Positions 31,529 to 42,299 are shown, counted from the stretch's first letter. The stretch: 64,000 nt of DNA from Spirochaetia bacterium (GCA_963668315.1 OY764216.1:3904001-3968000); one strand, 5' to 3'. Notes: a model not told the origin generated them from the sequence alone. Numbers and translations: made by a program.

Positions 31529-31653
31529 TTTTTCATATTATCCTAATTCTACGTGATATGGCAAGTTAGAAGTGAAAAAAAAGCGATCTTTTACCTCGTC
31601 TGACAAAAAAAAGACCGTAGACGTCTGAAAAGAACCGGGGTATAATCTTAACT

Positions 31654-32157
31654 GTGAATCAACAGGATTTTATTGAGATTGAAAGAAAGTTTCTTGTAAC
31701 AGCCCCTCCTGCCGATTATCTTTCCCATAAATCGGTAAAAATTTCCCAGACCTACCTGAGTACTCCCGGGAACCCGCCTGTCCTGAGGGTGAGAAAATAC
31801 GGGTCCCGCCACCTGCTGACCATTAAAAAGCGGGACAGGGAAAACCCTATGGTCTGCGGAGAAGTGGAGATTCCCATCGAGCAAAGCCACTACCAGGCCT
31901 TAAAAGCCATGGGCCAGGGGCACGAACTTGCCAAAACCCGTTATCTTATCCCCTTTGAGGACCTCACGATAGAACTGGATGTTTTCGAATCCGATTTAAC
32001 CGGTCTCATTCTGGCCGAGGTGGAATTCTCCTCATCCAGCCAGGCCGATTCCTTCACACCTCCCCGCTGGTTCGGTACCGAAGTGACCGGAGATCTCCGC
32101 TATTCCAACAATTCCCTTTCCATCAACGGCCGTCCGGATAAGGAGGATTCTCCTTAA
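31654..32157 (+). CDS. CYTH domain (triphosphate tunnel) protein
   Basis: EIERKFLV (ExExK), KTRY, AEVEF and WFGTEVT motifs. Confidence 0.93.
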   Translation: MNQQDFIEIERKFLVTAPPADYLSHKSVKISQTYLSTPGNPPVLRVRKYGSRHLLTIKKRDRENPMVCGEVEIPIEQSHYQALKAMGQGHELAKTRYLIPFEDLTIELDVFESDLTGLILAEVEFSSSSQADSFTPPRWFGTEVTGDLRYSNNSLSINGRPDKEDSP

Positions 32158-32255
32158 CCCTTTACTCATAAAAAGTTTCTTGAAAGAGACGGAATTATAC
32201 CTTATCATTAAAATTGACTTACCCGCGCAGCCCCCACTATTAAGGAAGTTAAACC

Positions 32256-33422
32256 ATGAACAGTAAAATCCGTGATTTCATCCAGAGGTTTCACGAAGAC
32301 CGCGAGAGTTATGAGAGAATTCAGGAAACCCTTTTATCCAATCTCGTCATGATAAGCGAAACCCCGGCACCGACCTTCAGGGAGCATACGAGGGCACGCT
32401 GTCTCGTGAATCGCTATATCAGCAACAATCTTCTGAACTGCAACGTGGACGAATTGGGAAATGCCCTGGGTGTCATTCCGGGAAAAAGCGACCGCCATAT
32501 TCTGCTTGTGGCCCATCTGGACACCTTCTTTTCCGAAAAGGTAGATCATACCATAACCATCCTCCCCGATACGGTGAAAGGTCCGGGGGTCGCCGACGAC
32601 AGCCTGGGTCTGGCGGCATTGGCCACCCTGCCCTACATCCTTGAGACCTACGGCATAGAACTGGAATCTAACATCATCCTCATGGGGTCATCGCGCAGTC
32701 TCGGCCGGGGGGATCTGGAAGGCCTCCGCTTTTTTCTTGATAACTTCAAGAAGCCCATTTCCGCCGGCGTCTGCCTGGAGGGAGTCAAGCTGGGAAGACT
32801 CAGCTACTCCTCTATCGGCATGCTCCGGGGAGAGATCAACTACCGGGTTCCCGAATCCTACGACTGGACCAAGTTCAACTCCGAGGGAGCCATTATCAAT
32901 ATGAACGATCTGATAAACCGGATTCTGGAGATACCCACCCCCAGCAAACCCAAGACCTCCATCGTCCTCGGCTCCATAGAAGCGGGGACCTCCTATAACA
33001 CCATCCCCATACGGGCCAAACTGAAGTTCGAGATCCGTTCCGAATCGGATGAGCTGGTAACGGAAATCGCCCACAAGATAGACAGTCTGACCCAGGAGAT
33101 GACCTCCCTTTCCGGAGCCCATGTGGAGTTCAAGAACCTGGCGAGAAGATCACCGGGCGGCACGGATTTTTCCCATCCCCTGAATAAAATCGGCAGGGAG
33201 ATCCTCACCGACCTCAACATCAATACCCGCCTGACTCCCAGTACTTCCGAACTCTCCGCCTTCATTACGAAAAATATCCCCGCCGTCACCATAGGTCTGA
33301 CCGACGGAGAAAACATGGGAGAGGAGGATGAGCTGATTCAGATACAGCCGCTGGAAAAGGGACTCACCCTCCTGGTCGGTCTGATTCTGGCGATTGACGG
33401 AGGTTATGCAAATGACAACTAA
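32256..33422 (+). CDS. M20/M25/M40-fold protein with degenerate active site
   Basis: APTFRE, VAHLDT, GPGVADD and a dimerisation domain (GTSYNTIP...FEIRS); the catalytic EE and the C-terminal His appear absent. Confidence 0.8.
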   Translation: MNSKIRDFIQRFHEDRESYERIQETLLSNLVMISETPAPTFREHTRARCLVNRYISNNLLNCNVDELGNALGVIPGKSDRHILLVAHLDTFFSEKVDHTITILPDTVKGPGVADDSLGLAALATLPYILETYGIELESNIILMGSSRSLGRGDLEGLRFFLDNFKKPISAGVCLEGVKLGRLSYSSIGMLRGEINYRVPESYDWTKFNSEGAIINMNDLINRILEIPTPSKPKTSIVLGSIEAGTSYNTIPIRAKLKFEIRSESDELVTEIAHKIDSLTQEMTSLSGAHVEFKNLARRSPGGTDFSHPLNKIGREILTDLNINTRLTPSTSELSAFITKNIPAVTIGLTDGENMGEEDELIQIQPLEKGLTLLVGLILAIDGGYANDN

Positions 33423-34449
33423 CGAGTGGATACGGAAAAACACGTACCATCATTCCGATTTCGAGGATCTTCAGACCCTGGTCGATGAAAAAAAGAAAAG
33501 GGGTCTTACCATCTCCCTCTGCATCCCCACCCTTAATGAAGCCCGGACGATAGGAAAGGAAGTGGTTATCTTCAAGTCGGAGCTGATGAACCGTTTTCCC
33601 CTTATTGATGAATTCGCCGTTATCGATTCAGGCTCCGATGACAATACCCTGGAAATTGCCGCATCCTTTGGTGCCGATACCTATCTGGCGTCCGATATTC
33701 TCCCCGGGCTTGAGAGCAAGAAGGGGAAAGGAGAGAATCTCTGGAAGGCCATCTACCAGCTTAAAGGGGATATCATCGTCTATATCGATGCGGATATAAA
33801 AAATATCCATCCCCGCTTCGTCTACGGCCTTGTCGGCCCCCTGATCTACCGGGAGGAGGTCAAATACGTCAAGGCATTCTACGACCGCCCCCTGGCCTTC
33901 TCCGACGGGATCAGACCGTCCGGCGGAGGACGGGTCACAGAGATACTGACCCGGCCGCTTTTCAGTCTGTTTTTTCCCGAACTGGCCGCCATCATACAGC
34001 CCCTGTCGGGCGAATACGCCGTAAGGCGGGAGACCCTGGAAAAAATATCCTTTCCCATCGGCTACGGGGTGGAAACCAGCCATCTGCTGGATGTCTACCG
34101 GGAACTGGGCATGAGCGCCTTCGCCCAGACCGATCTGGACCAGCGCGTCCACAGAAACCAGGAAACACGGGCTCTGGGGAAGATGTCCTTCGGTATCCTA
34201 CAGACCTTCCTGAACCGCATGAAAACCTACGGTATACTGAAGGATCTGCCGGAGATCAGCACCATGCTCAGACAGTTTCAGGTACGGGAGAATCAGTTTG
34301 AAATGGTGGAAAAAAACATAGTCGAGGATGAAAGGCCCCCCATGATAACCGTCCCGGAATACTTGAAAAAATTTCCCCGGGAAAAGGGAAAGAACAGGAT
34401 TCCTCCGCCGGGGGAAAAAAAAGAGCCTTCCGGTGGAGATAAAAAGTAA
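33412..34449 (+). CDS. gpgS: Glucosyl-3-phosphoglycerate synthase
   Basis: IPTLNE, DSGSDD, GKGENLWK, DADI, KAFYDRP, GGRVTE, QPLSGEYA and GYGVE motifs. Confidence 0.93.
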   Translation: MTTNEWIRKNTYHHSDFEDLQTLVDEKKKRGLTISLCIPTLNEARTIGKEVVIFKSELMNRFPLIDEFAVIDSGSDDNTLEIAASFGADTYLASDILPGLESKKGKGENLWKAIYQLKGDIIVYIDADIKNIHPRFVYGLVGPLIYREEVKYVKAFYDRPLAFSDGIRPSGGGRVTEILTRPLFSLFFPELAAIIQPLSGEYAVRRETLEKISFPIGYGVETSHLLDVYRELGMSAFAQTDLDQRVHRNQETRALGKMSFGILQTFLNRMKTYGILKDLPEISTMLRQFQVRENQFEMVEKNIVEDERPPMITVPEYLKKFPREKGKNRIPPPGEKKEPSGGDKK

Positions 34450-34473
34450 TTTTTCCGGTATAATGGGGACAAT

Positions 34474-35286
34474 ATGGAATCACCAGTAATTTTTAAGGAT
34501 GTCGTATTTCAATGGGCGGAAGGGGAAACTCTTTTCACTTCCCTTTCTCTGGAACTCCCCCGGGGGATTACAGCCCTGACCGGTCAGAACGGTTCGGGAA
34601 AATCCACCCTCATGCTGCTGGCGGGAGGCCGGATTCTTCCCCAGTCGGGAGAAGTCATTCTGAACGGAAAAAGTACGGATAAGTATTTCGACGAGGAAGA
34701 GCGCAACCTTGCGGCGTCCTTCGTTTACCAGAATATGGAATTCGAAACGGAAGAAAAAGCCGGAACAATTCTCGAGCAGGTGGCTGAGGCGGGCAGCCTT
34801 GGAATTGACAGTTCCCGGGTTTACGATGAGATTAAGGCGGCCCTTGAGCTGGAGACCCTCCTGGGCAGACCCCTCCAGAACAACAGCAAAGGAGAAATGC
34901 AGCGTCTCATATGCGCCTTCGCCCTTCTCTACGGCTCTCCCATCATTTTTATGGATGAGCCCTTTTTCGCCATGGAGGAGAAACAGCGCGAAAAGGCCCT
35001 GGAATATATATCCCACTATATCCACAGAAGGGAGGCATCCCTCTTTATCTCTCTCCATGAAATGGAATTGTCCACAAAATACAGCGACAATACTCTTCTC
35101 TTCTACAAGGATGACAGAATGATGCTGGGAAAGACCGATGAAGTACTGACCAAGAAGCATATTGAAGAGGCCTATCAGCTTCCCATGGATCTTCTTCACA
35201 GCAAGCAGGTTCTCTACAGGGAAAATCTCGCCAAGCCTCAGACAGAACTGCCCGAAGGTCTGGGAAGGGTTAGAACGTTCGAATAG
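34474..35286 (+). CDS. Orphan ABC ATPase
   Basis: GQNGSGKST Walker A, IFMDEP Walker B, atypical signature NSKGE. Confidence 0.85.
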   Translation: MESPVIFKDVVFQWAEGETLFTSLSLELPRGITALTGQNGSGKSTLMLLAGGRILPQSGEVILNGKSTDKYFDEEERNLAASFVYQNMEFETEEKAGTILEQVAEAGSLGIDSSRVYDEIKAALELETLLGRPLQNNSKGEMQRLICAFALLYGSPIIFMDEPFFAMEEKQREKALEYISHYIHRREASLFISLHEMELSTKYSDNTLLFYKDDRMMLGKTDEVLTKKHIEEAYQLPMDLLHSKQVLYRENLAKPQTELPEGLGRVRTFE

Positions 35287-35288
35287 CC

Positions 35289-36461
35289 CTACCGGAGCTT
35301 GAAAAAATGCCTGTCCAGGTAGCGGATTCTTTCCACTGCCTTCTCATAGTAATCGGTCAGGAAAAATGTCTTTTCTATGTATTCGTAGGTATCGTAAGCC
35401 CGCTTCAGATCCTGGAAGCGGGTGTTTTTTTCCAGAGTGCGGGCCATCCGGTAGTAGTACTCGGCCAGGGATTCGTCATCAGAAGCGGCATCAACAAGGA
35501 ATTCCAGCAGCTGCAGAGTCTCTTCCACCTTCTCCGGATCGTCCTCAATGACCTCCAGTCTCTCCGCAGCCTGTTCAACGGAAGGATCATCCGCTACCGG
35601 TGACGATGCCGGTTCCTCCATAATCGTGTTACTCAGGGCGGGAGCGGCATCGGAACCGTCGCTTTTCATTTCCTCCGCTCCGCCGGCCTCTTGGATGGTT
35701 ACAAGAATCTCCCCCTTCTCCGTATCCCCCGTACTGTGGTCCTGCCTTTGAAAGATCAGATAGTAGACTCCCGGCCCGGGAAACTGAAAGGAAAAAAGAG
35801 TCTTGCCGTCCATCGTCGTTCTATCGACATACTCGACATCCGAGCCATCCCTCTCCTTCATAAAGAACCAGTCCGATCCGTCCAGAGTCATGAGCCCGGC
35901 TTCGCCGGCGGAAAAGGTTTCTTCCTTGATGACGGGGATATCCCTCTCTTCATGGGAGACGGAATTATCTGCCTCCTTTTTATCCTGTACGGTCGGGGAA
36001 GGATCAGCTGCTCCTGCCGGAGGATTGCCGGCGGGTTCACCCTTCACGGCCTCTACAGGCGGCACGGCAGGAATGGTTTCTTCCCTTTCCCGGGTTACTT
36101 CAGGTGTACTTGCGGAAGATTCTGCCGGGAGCCGGGCATCCCCTTCTTCCTTTGACGATAGGCCATCGGATTGGTCGTGAAATACAGGAAGGGGCAGCTC
36201 CTCTTCTGAGGGATCTTCTCCCCTCTCAGCAGGCAGGGGCAGGAAGAGGGAAAGTGCGAGGCCGGGATGGGGAAGTTCGGCCGTTTCTTCCGGTTCATCC
36301 TCTTCGGGAAGAAGAGGGGTATAATCGGGAAGATCGGGAAGATCGGGAAGATCGGGAAGATCGGGAAGAACAGGAAGAACCTCCACGGTCCGACAGGAGA
36401 AAAAGAGGGACAGGATAAGAAAAGGAACAGCCATTCCCGGGAGGGGGCGCATATTTCTCAA
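35289..36461 (-). CDS. Lipoprotein with Pro/Glu-rich linker and TPR-like C-terminus
   Basis: Lipobox-like LFFSC, (LPD)x5, acidic low-complexity region, helical C-terminus. Confidence 0.8.
   Translation of the reverse strand: MRNMRPLPGMAVPFLILSLFFSCRTVEVLPVLPDLPDLPDLPDLPDYTPLLPEEDEPEETAELPHPGLALSLFLPLPAERGEDPSEEELPLPVFHDQSDGLSSKEEGDARLPAESSASTPEVTREREETIPAVPPVEAVKGEPAGNPPAGAADPSPTVQDKKEADNSVSHEERDIPVIKEETFSAGEAGLMTLDGSDWFFMKERDGSDVEYVDRTTMDGKTLFSFQFPGPGVYYLIFQRQDHSTGDTEKGEILVTIQEAGGAEEMKSDGSDAAPALSNTIMEEPASSPVADDPSVEQAAERLEVIEDDPEKVEETLQLLEFLVDAASDDESLAEYYYRMARTLEKNTRFQDLKRAYDTYEYIEKTFFLTDYYEKAVERIRYLDRHFFKLR
36324..36368. repeat. 9-bp tandem repeat (ATCGGGAAG)x5
   Basis: Five perfect copies plus a degenerate AACAGGAAG; encodes LPD repeats on the minus strand. 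Confidence 0.95.
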
Positions 36462-36868
36462 GGGACTCTTCCCAGCATCTCTTCCACGAGGGAATGATTA
36501 TGCTCGCTGATCTCACCGATACCCGTGTCGGCAGGATCGACCCAATAACGCTCGATTTCTTCGGATGACCAGTTTCTCTGCGGTTCCCTCTGCAGATGGG
36601 GCTGAGTCTGCTTCAGATTCTCCTGCTCGGGAAAGATGAAATCACCTGCCGTCAGATCGTCCAGGGAACGGTCAAGGGAATGGACAAAGGAATTCTGCTG
36701 CTGAATTGTATCTTCGGCGATCTTTCTGTTCCTCATGGAAAAAAAGATAATGGAGACGGAGATGAGAAGAGTCAGCATAAGAAAACTAACCATCACCAGA
36801 AGAAAAGCCTTCATATTGATAAAATCGCCCGGATGAAAGGACCTGATCTTCTCCCTGATATTAGCCAC
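36458..36868 (-). CDS. Single-TM hypothetical protein
   Basis: One hydrophobic span; overlaps the smc stop and the next start (operon). Confidence 0.8.
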   Translation of the reverse strand: MANIREKIRSFHPGDFINMKAFLLVMVSFLMLTLLISVSIIFFSMRNRKIAEDTIQQQNSFVHSLDRSLDDLTAGDFIFPEQENLKQTQPHLQREPQRNWSSEEIERYWVDPADTGIGEISEHNHSLVEEMLGRVP

Positions 36869-39647
36869 CCATTTCCTCCTTCTCCAATCTCATGGCCACC
36901 AGCCGGGAGACTCCCGATTCCTGCATGGTGACACCTAGCAGAGTTTTGGCTCCGGTAACGGTCTTCTTGTTATGAGTGATAACGATGAACTGGGACCGGT
37001 CGGCAAAATCGATCAGAACGTTGACAAAGCGCTGAATATTGGCGTCATCCAGAGCGGCGTCAATCTCATCGAGAATACAGAACGGAGAGGGCCTGACCAT
37101 ATAGGTGGCGAAGAGCAGGGCCACTCCGGTCATGGATCTCTCCCCTCCCGAGAGCAGCGAGATGTTCTCCAGCTTTTTCCCCGGAGGCTGGGCATACATT
37201 TCAATACCCGATTCCAGCACGTTATCCGGGTCGAGAAGCTTGAATTCCGAACGGCCTCCCCCGAAAAGACGGCGGAAAATCACTTTGAAATTCTCCTCCA
37301 CCTCTTTATAGGTCTTTATGAAAAGCTCTGCCGACTCCTTTCTGATCTCACCGGTAACCTGTATCAGGTTCTCCCGGGCCTTACGCAGATCGTCAAGCTG
37401 ATTATTCAGAAAGTCATAACGCTCCTTGACCTCGGCGAACTCCTCGGGAGCCATCAAATTCACCTGCCCCAGCTGCTTCATTGCCATTTTCCGGGCGGAT
37501 AGGTCCTCCCGAATTTCCCGGCTGTCCCGTGTTATTTGGGGAATGCGATCCTCAAACTCGGTCAGATCCCGGGAATTCCGGTCTCGAAAATCTGCGGAAA
37601 GAGTTTCGATCTCCTCGTCCACATGGGAGATTTCCAGCCTAATTTTTTCAATCTCCACATTGGCCTGATTGATTTTCTCCTGCTTATCCCGGAGGGATTT
37701 CTGTTTGCCCGTCAGCTCCTCGTTGCGGCTGTTAATCCCCGATTCCAGTTTGCTCAGGCTTTTCCGAAGAGCCTCCTTCTCCTTATCCAGAATAACTTTG
37801 GCTTCTTCTATCTTCCTGATTTCCCCGTCGAACTGGGAAATTCTTTTCTGATCCTCCGCCTGCTTCTCCTGATTCTGCCTGAGAAGATTCGCCTGCTCTT
37901 CCCTTTCCTTTTCCATGTTTTTCAGGGAATCCTCACAGGCGGTCACCTGGGTCGTCATCCGGGCCCGGGTGATTCTCAACTCTTCCATCCCCGCCTTGAA
38001 CTCTTCGATTCTGCCGCTGTGCTGACGGTTTTCCTCGGCTCTCTGACGGTTTTTCTCCCTGTGCTCATTCAGCTCCTGGAGGGTTTTGTTCAGCTTTTCC
38101 TCAATCTCCTTCTTCCGGGTGATAATACCCTGGGGAGAAACGAGTTCCTTGATAAAATAGGGGAAATTCCCCTTATAGGAGTCGAGCAGATCCTCCAGCT
38201 GATCCAGCTTGATCTGACTGTCCTGCAGAAACAGGAGAGTGCTTTTCAGAAGATTGGCGCTCTCCTCCCCTTCCAGGCTGGCGAAATCCTTGAGAATGGC
38301 CGTTTTTCCGTCAATCTGAATACGGAACGCAGCGACCCATTCGCTGAGCTTCTCCTCCTGCTCTTCCTTCCTCTTGAGGGAAAATCCCGACTCTTTCAGC
38401 CCCTTGTCCAGCTCGGACACAATGGAGTCGGTCAGACGGCGGATCTCCTCCTCCAGACGGTTTCGCTCTTTTTCGCCCTCCTCCTGCGCTTTTTCACTCA
38501 GGGAGATGGCTTCATTATTCTTTTTGATCGTCTCTTCGGAACGACCGATTTTCTTGCCCAGCTGGAGAATATTGTTCTCTATCTCACCGATCCTGTCCTG
38601 GTAATTCTGCTTCTCTTTCTGCTTATCCTCGACGGCCTGTATAATCTGGCGGATTTTCTCGTTAAGCCCCTTCTCCTGAAGCTTCGTTTCCTCCAGGGCT
38701 GATTCAGCCTCACCCTTGCGTTCCTTGATCAGGCGGATCTCGTTATTCCGGTTATCCTTCTCCAGATCGATTCCGTAAAGCCTCTTCTGACTCTCGATAA
38801 GCTCGCTTTCCATGGAGTCGACCTGTCCGGCGCTCTCCTTGAGAAGACGGACGAGCTCTTCCTCCTCCTCCTTGAGCTTATTGAACTTCTTCTCCGTATC
38901 GGTAAGACCGGATTTCCGCTTTTCCCGAAACTCCAGGTACTTCTTCAGCTGAAGAAGTTTCAGGTCCAGATCCAGATCAAAGATCTTCTCCTTCAGCTCC
39001 CGGTAAACCATGGTCTTCTCGGTCTGTTTTTTCAGGGAATCATAATTTCTCTTTACCTCGTGGAGAATATTCTCGACCTGCTGCATATTCTCTTCGGTCT
39101 TATTGAGTTTTCTCTCCGCTTCGGTTCCCTTTATCTTGAATTTGGTAATTCCCGCCGCTTCTTCGAAAATGTAGCGCCTCTCCTCGGGTTTGCTGGAAAG
39201 AATCTGATCGATCCGGCCCTGCTCCATAATGGAATAGGCCGATTTCCCCACACCCGTATCGAGAAAAAGTTCCCTCAGCTCCTTAAGGCGCACGGGCGTA
39301 TTGTTTATCAGGTATTCGCTCTCCCCGGATCGGTAAAGACGCCGTTTGATAGCCACTTCGGGGACATCCAGCTCCAGAAGATTCTCCTCATTGGAGATAA
39401 AAAGGGTCACTTCGGCCACGTTCAGGGCTTTCCGCCCCTCCGTTCCGTTGAAGATAACGTCCTCCATCTTCTCCGCCCGCATATTCCGGGTGGACTGCTC
39501 TCCGAGCACCCATTTGATGGAATCGACGATATTGCTCTTTCCGCAGCCGTTCGGACCTAAGAGAGCGGTAATGCCCTTGTTAAAAATAATCTCTGTTTTA
39601 TCCGCGAATGATTTGAAACCAAGAATCTCCATTCGTTTTAAGAACAC
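36861..39647 (-). CDS. smc: Short SMC (P115-type) chromosome segregation ATPase
   Basis: GFKSF, GPNGCGKSN, long coiled coil, LSGGE, ILDEIDAALD and IVITH motifs; 928 aa. Confidence 0.93.
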   Translation of the reverse strand: MFLKRMEILGFKSFADKTEIIFNKGITALLGPNGCGKSNIVDSIKWVLGEQSTRNMRAEKMEDVIFNGTEGRKALNVAEVTLFISNEENLLELDVPEVAIKRRLYRSGESEYLINNTPVRLKELRELFLDTGVGKSAYSIMEQGRIDQILSSKPEERRYIFEEAAGITKFKIKGTEAERKLNKTEENMQQVENILHEVKRNYDSLKKQTEKTMVYRELKEKIFDLDLDLKLLQLKKYLEFREKRKSGLTDTEKKFNKLKEEEEELVRLLKESAGQVDSMESELIESQKRLYGIDLEKDNRNNEIRLIKERKGEAESALEETKLQEKGLNEKIRQIIQAVEDKQKEKQNYQDRIGEIENNILQLGKKIGRSEETIKKNNEAISLSEKAQEEGEKERNRLEEEIRRLTDSIVSELDKGLKESGFSLKRKEEQEEKLSEWVAAFRIQIDGKTAILKDFASLEGEESANLLKSTLLFLQDSQIKLDQLEDLLDSYKGNFPYFIKELVSPQGIITRKKEIEEKLNKTLQELNEHREKNRQRAEENRQHSGRIEEFKAGMEELRITRARMTTQVTACEDSLKNMEKEREEQANLLRQNQEKQAEDQKRISQFDGEIRKIEEAKVILDKEKEALRKSLSKLESGINSRNEELTGKQKSLRDKQEKINQANVEIEKIRLEISHVDEEIETLSADFRDRNSRDLTEFEDRIPQITRDSREIREDLSARKMAMKQLGQVNLMAPEEFAEVKERYDFLNNQLDDLRKARENLIQVTGEIRKESAELFIKTYKEVEENFKVIFRRLFGGGRSEFKLLDPDNVLESGIEMYAQPPGKKLENISLLSGGERSMTGVALLFATYMVRPSPFCILDEIDAALDDANIQRFVNVLIDFADRSQFIVITHNKKTVTGAKTLLGVTMQESGVSRLVAMRLEKEEMGG

Positions 39648-39757
39648 CGCTCACCCCAAGAAAAAAATATGCCTTGATTATACCCCGGAGGAGACAAAAT
39701 GACAACGGCGATGTATGAAAGCTTAGGGCCGATCGGGCCGTGGTGAGGCGGGATTTT

Positions 39758-39786
39758 TTGACATATGGATGATTCTCCCTTAAAAT
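39758..39786 (+). promoter_or_regulatory. Sigma70 promoter of the nfeD-floA operon
   Basis: TTGACA, 17 nt, TAAAAT, followed by a GAGG SD. Confidence 0.75.
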
Positions 39787-39807
39787 TTAAAGATAGAGGT
39801 AAGCAAA

Positions 39808-41298
39808 ATGAAAAGAGCGGCCTTTCTGCTTTTTCTGTTTTCTCTTTTTTCCATGAGTCCGGTGACAGGCCAGTCCCATTCCCCGCAGGAAGGCCCGGTT
39901 TATATCATTCCCGTCAATCAGGATATCGATCCCTTTCTTGTGGTTTTCCTTAAAAGAAGCCTGACCAGAGCCGAGGAAGCGGGCTCTTCCCTCATCATTT
40001 TCGAACTCAATACCTTCGGCGGGCGCGTGGATTCGGCCCTGCAGATCGCGTCGCTTATCGGTTCGGCCGACTGGGCCGAAACGGTGGCCTACATACCCTC
40101 CTCCTCGGGCGGCACGGGAGTCAGCTGGTCCGCCGGAGCGCTCATTTCCTTTTCCTGCAATCAGATCATCATGGACGGGGGCACCTCCATCGGCGCCGCC
40201 GCTCCGGTATACCAGTCTCCCCAGGGAATGGTAATGGCCGAGGAAAAGGTTGTCAGTGCCGTACGGGGACAGATGGCTGCTCTGGCGGAAAAGAACGGCT
40301 ATCCCCTCTCCGTGGCTCTGGCGATGGTGGACGACGATGTGATTCTCTACGAAGTGGAAACAGAGGAGGGGCTGCGCCTCATGACGCCCGAGGAGATCGG
40401 AGAAAGGGAAAGGATCAGCGGCATCAGGCCGGAGCAGGGCAAACTAGTCTCAGCCCAGGACAAACTCTTGACCCTGACCGCCGGAGAAATGGAGAAATAC
40501 GGCATATCCTCGGCTACCGTCAACGGGAGGGATAACCTCTACAAGACCCTTGAGATAACCGCCTCCTCCATTGTCACCGCCGAAAGGGACAGGGCCGATC
40601 TTCTTATCGCCCTGCTCAGCAGCGCCGCGGCCACAAGCCTGCTTATCATGATCGGCCTGGTTGCCCTCTACGTGGAAATCACGAGCCCGGGATTCGGCAT
40701 TCCCGGAACCGTGGGGCTCATATGTTTCGCCGTAGTGTTCTCCACCAGCGTCATGATAGGAAATATGGGCTCCCTTGAGCTTCTCCTTTTCATGGGCGGT
40801 CTCATTCTCCTCCTTATCGAAATCTTCGTTATTCCCGGATTCGGCGTGACCGGCATCAGCGGGATAGTTCTCATACTCCTCTCCCTTGTCCTCTCCCGGC
40901 AGGATTTTGTCATCCCCGAGTTCGCCTGGCAGTGGGAGATCTTCTGGAAAAATCTTCTCTATGTCTCCCTGAGCCTCTTCGGGGCTCTGGCGCTCATCGC
41001 CGTCCTTATGATCGTTCTGCCCCAGTCCCGTCTTTTCGGCCGCCTTGTTCTGAATACCGGAGCCCTCCCCGTCGCTGCAGAAAGCAAGAATCCCTCTCCG
41101 CCCTCGGAATCTCCCGTTGACACAATCCCCGGACCGGGCCGTACGGGAGTGGTTCTGACCGACCTCCGGCCCGTGGGAAAAGCCGATTTCGACGGTAGGG
41201 TGCAGGTAGTCCAGACCGACGGAGAGTATATAGACAGGGGCACGGAAATTGTCGTTCTGAGAAAGGAAGGACTGCGAATCGTAGTCAAAGGAAGGTAA
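39808..41298 (+). CDS. nfeD: NfeD family membrane protease (long form)
   Basis: [23 protein letters not shown] bundle (PGFG) and C-terminal OB domain (TDLRPVGK). Confidence 0.92.
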   Translation: MKRAAFLLFLFSLFSMSPVTGQSHSPQEGPVYIIPVNQDIDPFLVVFLKRSLTRAEEAGSSLIIFELNTFGGRVDSALQIASLIGSADWAETVAYIPSSSGGTGVSWSAGALISFSCNQIIMDGGTSIGAAAPVYQSPQGMVMAEEKVVSAVRGQMAALAEKNGYPLSVALAMVDDDVILYEVETEEGLRLMTPEEIGERERISGIRPEQGKLVSAQDKLLTLTAGEMEKYGISSATVNGRDNLYKTLEITASSIVTAERDRADLLIALLSSAAATSLLIMIGLVALYVEITSPGFGIPGTVGLICFAVVFSTSVMIGNMGSLELLLFMGGLILLLIEIFVIPGFGVTGISGIVLILLSLVLSRQDFVIPEFAWQWEIFWKNLLYVSLSLFGALALIAVLMIVLPQSRLFGRLVLNTGALPVAAESKNPSPPSESPVDTIPGPGRTGVVLTDLRPVGKADFDGRVQVVQTDGEYIDRGTEIVVLRKEGLRIVVKGR

Positions 41299-41300
41299 TC

Positions 41301-42299
41301 ATGTTTATAGCGGTCTATATCGTGGTCGGGATCGTCAGCCTGATGGTTCTGCTTGTATTTCTCAAGTTCTTCGGTTTGTGGTTCCGATCCCTCCTGTCCG
41401 GAGCGACGGTGCAAATGAACAGAATCATCGGAATGTGGATAAGAAAAGTGAATGCCAAGCAGATTGTGGACAGCCGCATTATGCTGGTAAAAGGCGGTCT
41501 AGCCACCGATTCGGACCTTCTTGAAACCCATTATCTGGCCGGCGGGAACGTCATAAACGTCAGTAAAGCTCTTATTGCCGCCAACAAGGCCAATCTGGAT
41601 CTGCCCTTCTCCAAAGCGGCCGCCATAGATCTGGCCGGACGGGACGTATTGGACGCGGTAAAGACCTGCGTTAATCCGAAGGTGATTGACTGCCCGAACC
41701 CGTCAAAGGGCAAACTGACCATAGACGCGGTGGCCAAAGACGGTATCCAGCTCAAGGCTAAAGCCCGGGTTACGGTGCGGACCAATATCGAACGACTTAT
41801 CGGCGGGGCCACGGAAGAGACGATAATAGCCCGTGTGGGAGAGGGTATCGTCACCACCATTGGGTCAGCCCTGACCTACAAGGATGTACTGGAAAATCCC
41901 GATAATATATCCAAAACGGTACTGGCCAAGGGGCTGGATGCGGGAACGGCTTTTGAGATACTTTCCATTGATATTGCCGATGTGGACGTGGGGTCCAACG
42001 TGGGAGCCAAGCTGCAGGCCGACCAGGCCGAGGCGGATATGCGCCGGTTCCAGGCGGTGGCCGAGCAGAGACGTGCCGCGGCCAAGGCCAGGGAAGCGGA
42101 GATGCTGGCTGATATCCAGGAGAACCGGGCCAAAGTTGTTCTGGCCGAAGTGGATATTCCCAAAGCCATGGCCGAATCCTTCAGAAAGGGAAATCTGGGT
42201 ATTATGGATTATTACCGCATGAAAAACATCCAGGCTGATACCTCCATGAGGAACAGCATAGGGGGCGATCTCAAGGAAGAAGGACCGGGTAAAAAATGA
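41301..42299 (+). CDS. floA: Flotillin-like protein FloA (YqfA)
   Basis: [26 protein letters not shown] and GNLGIMDYY motifs. Confidence 0.96.
   Translation: MFIAVYIVVGIVSLMVLLVFLKFFGLWFRSLLSGATVQMNRIIGMWIRKVNAKQIVDSRIMLVKGGLATDSDLLETHYLAGGNVINVSKALIAANKANLDLPFSKAAAIDLAGRDVLDAVKTCVNPKVIDCPNPSKGKLTIDAVAKDGIQLKAKARVTVRTNIERLIGGATEETIIARVGEGIVTTIGSALTYKDVLENPDNISKTVLAKGLDAGTAFEILSIDIADVDVGSNVGAKLQADQAEADMRRFQAVAEQRRAAAKAREAEMLADIQENRAKVVLAEVDIPKAMAESFRKGNLGIMDYYRMKNIQADTSMRNSIGGDLKEEGPGKK

Noticed and set aside
36324..36368. CRISPR-like array
   Set aside because: Contiguous 9-bp units without spacers inside a CDS; no cas genes.
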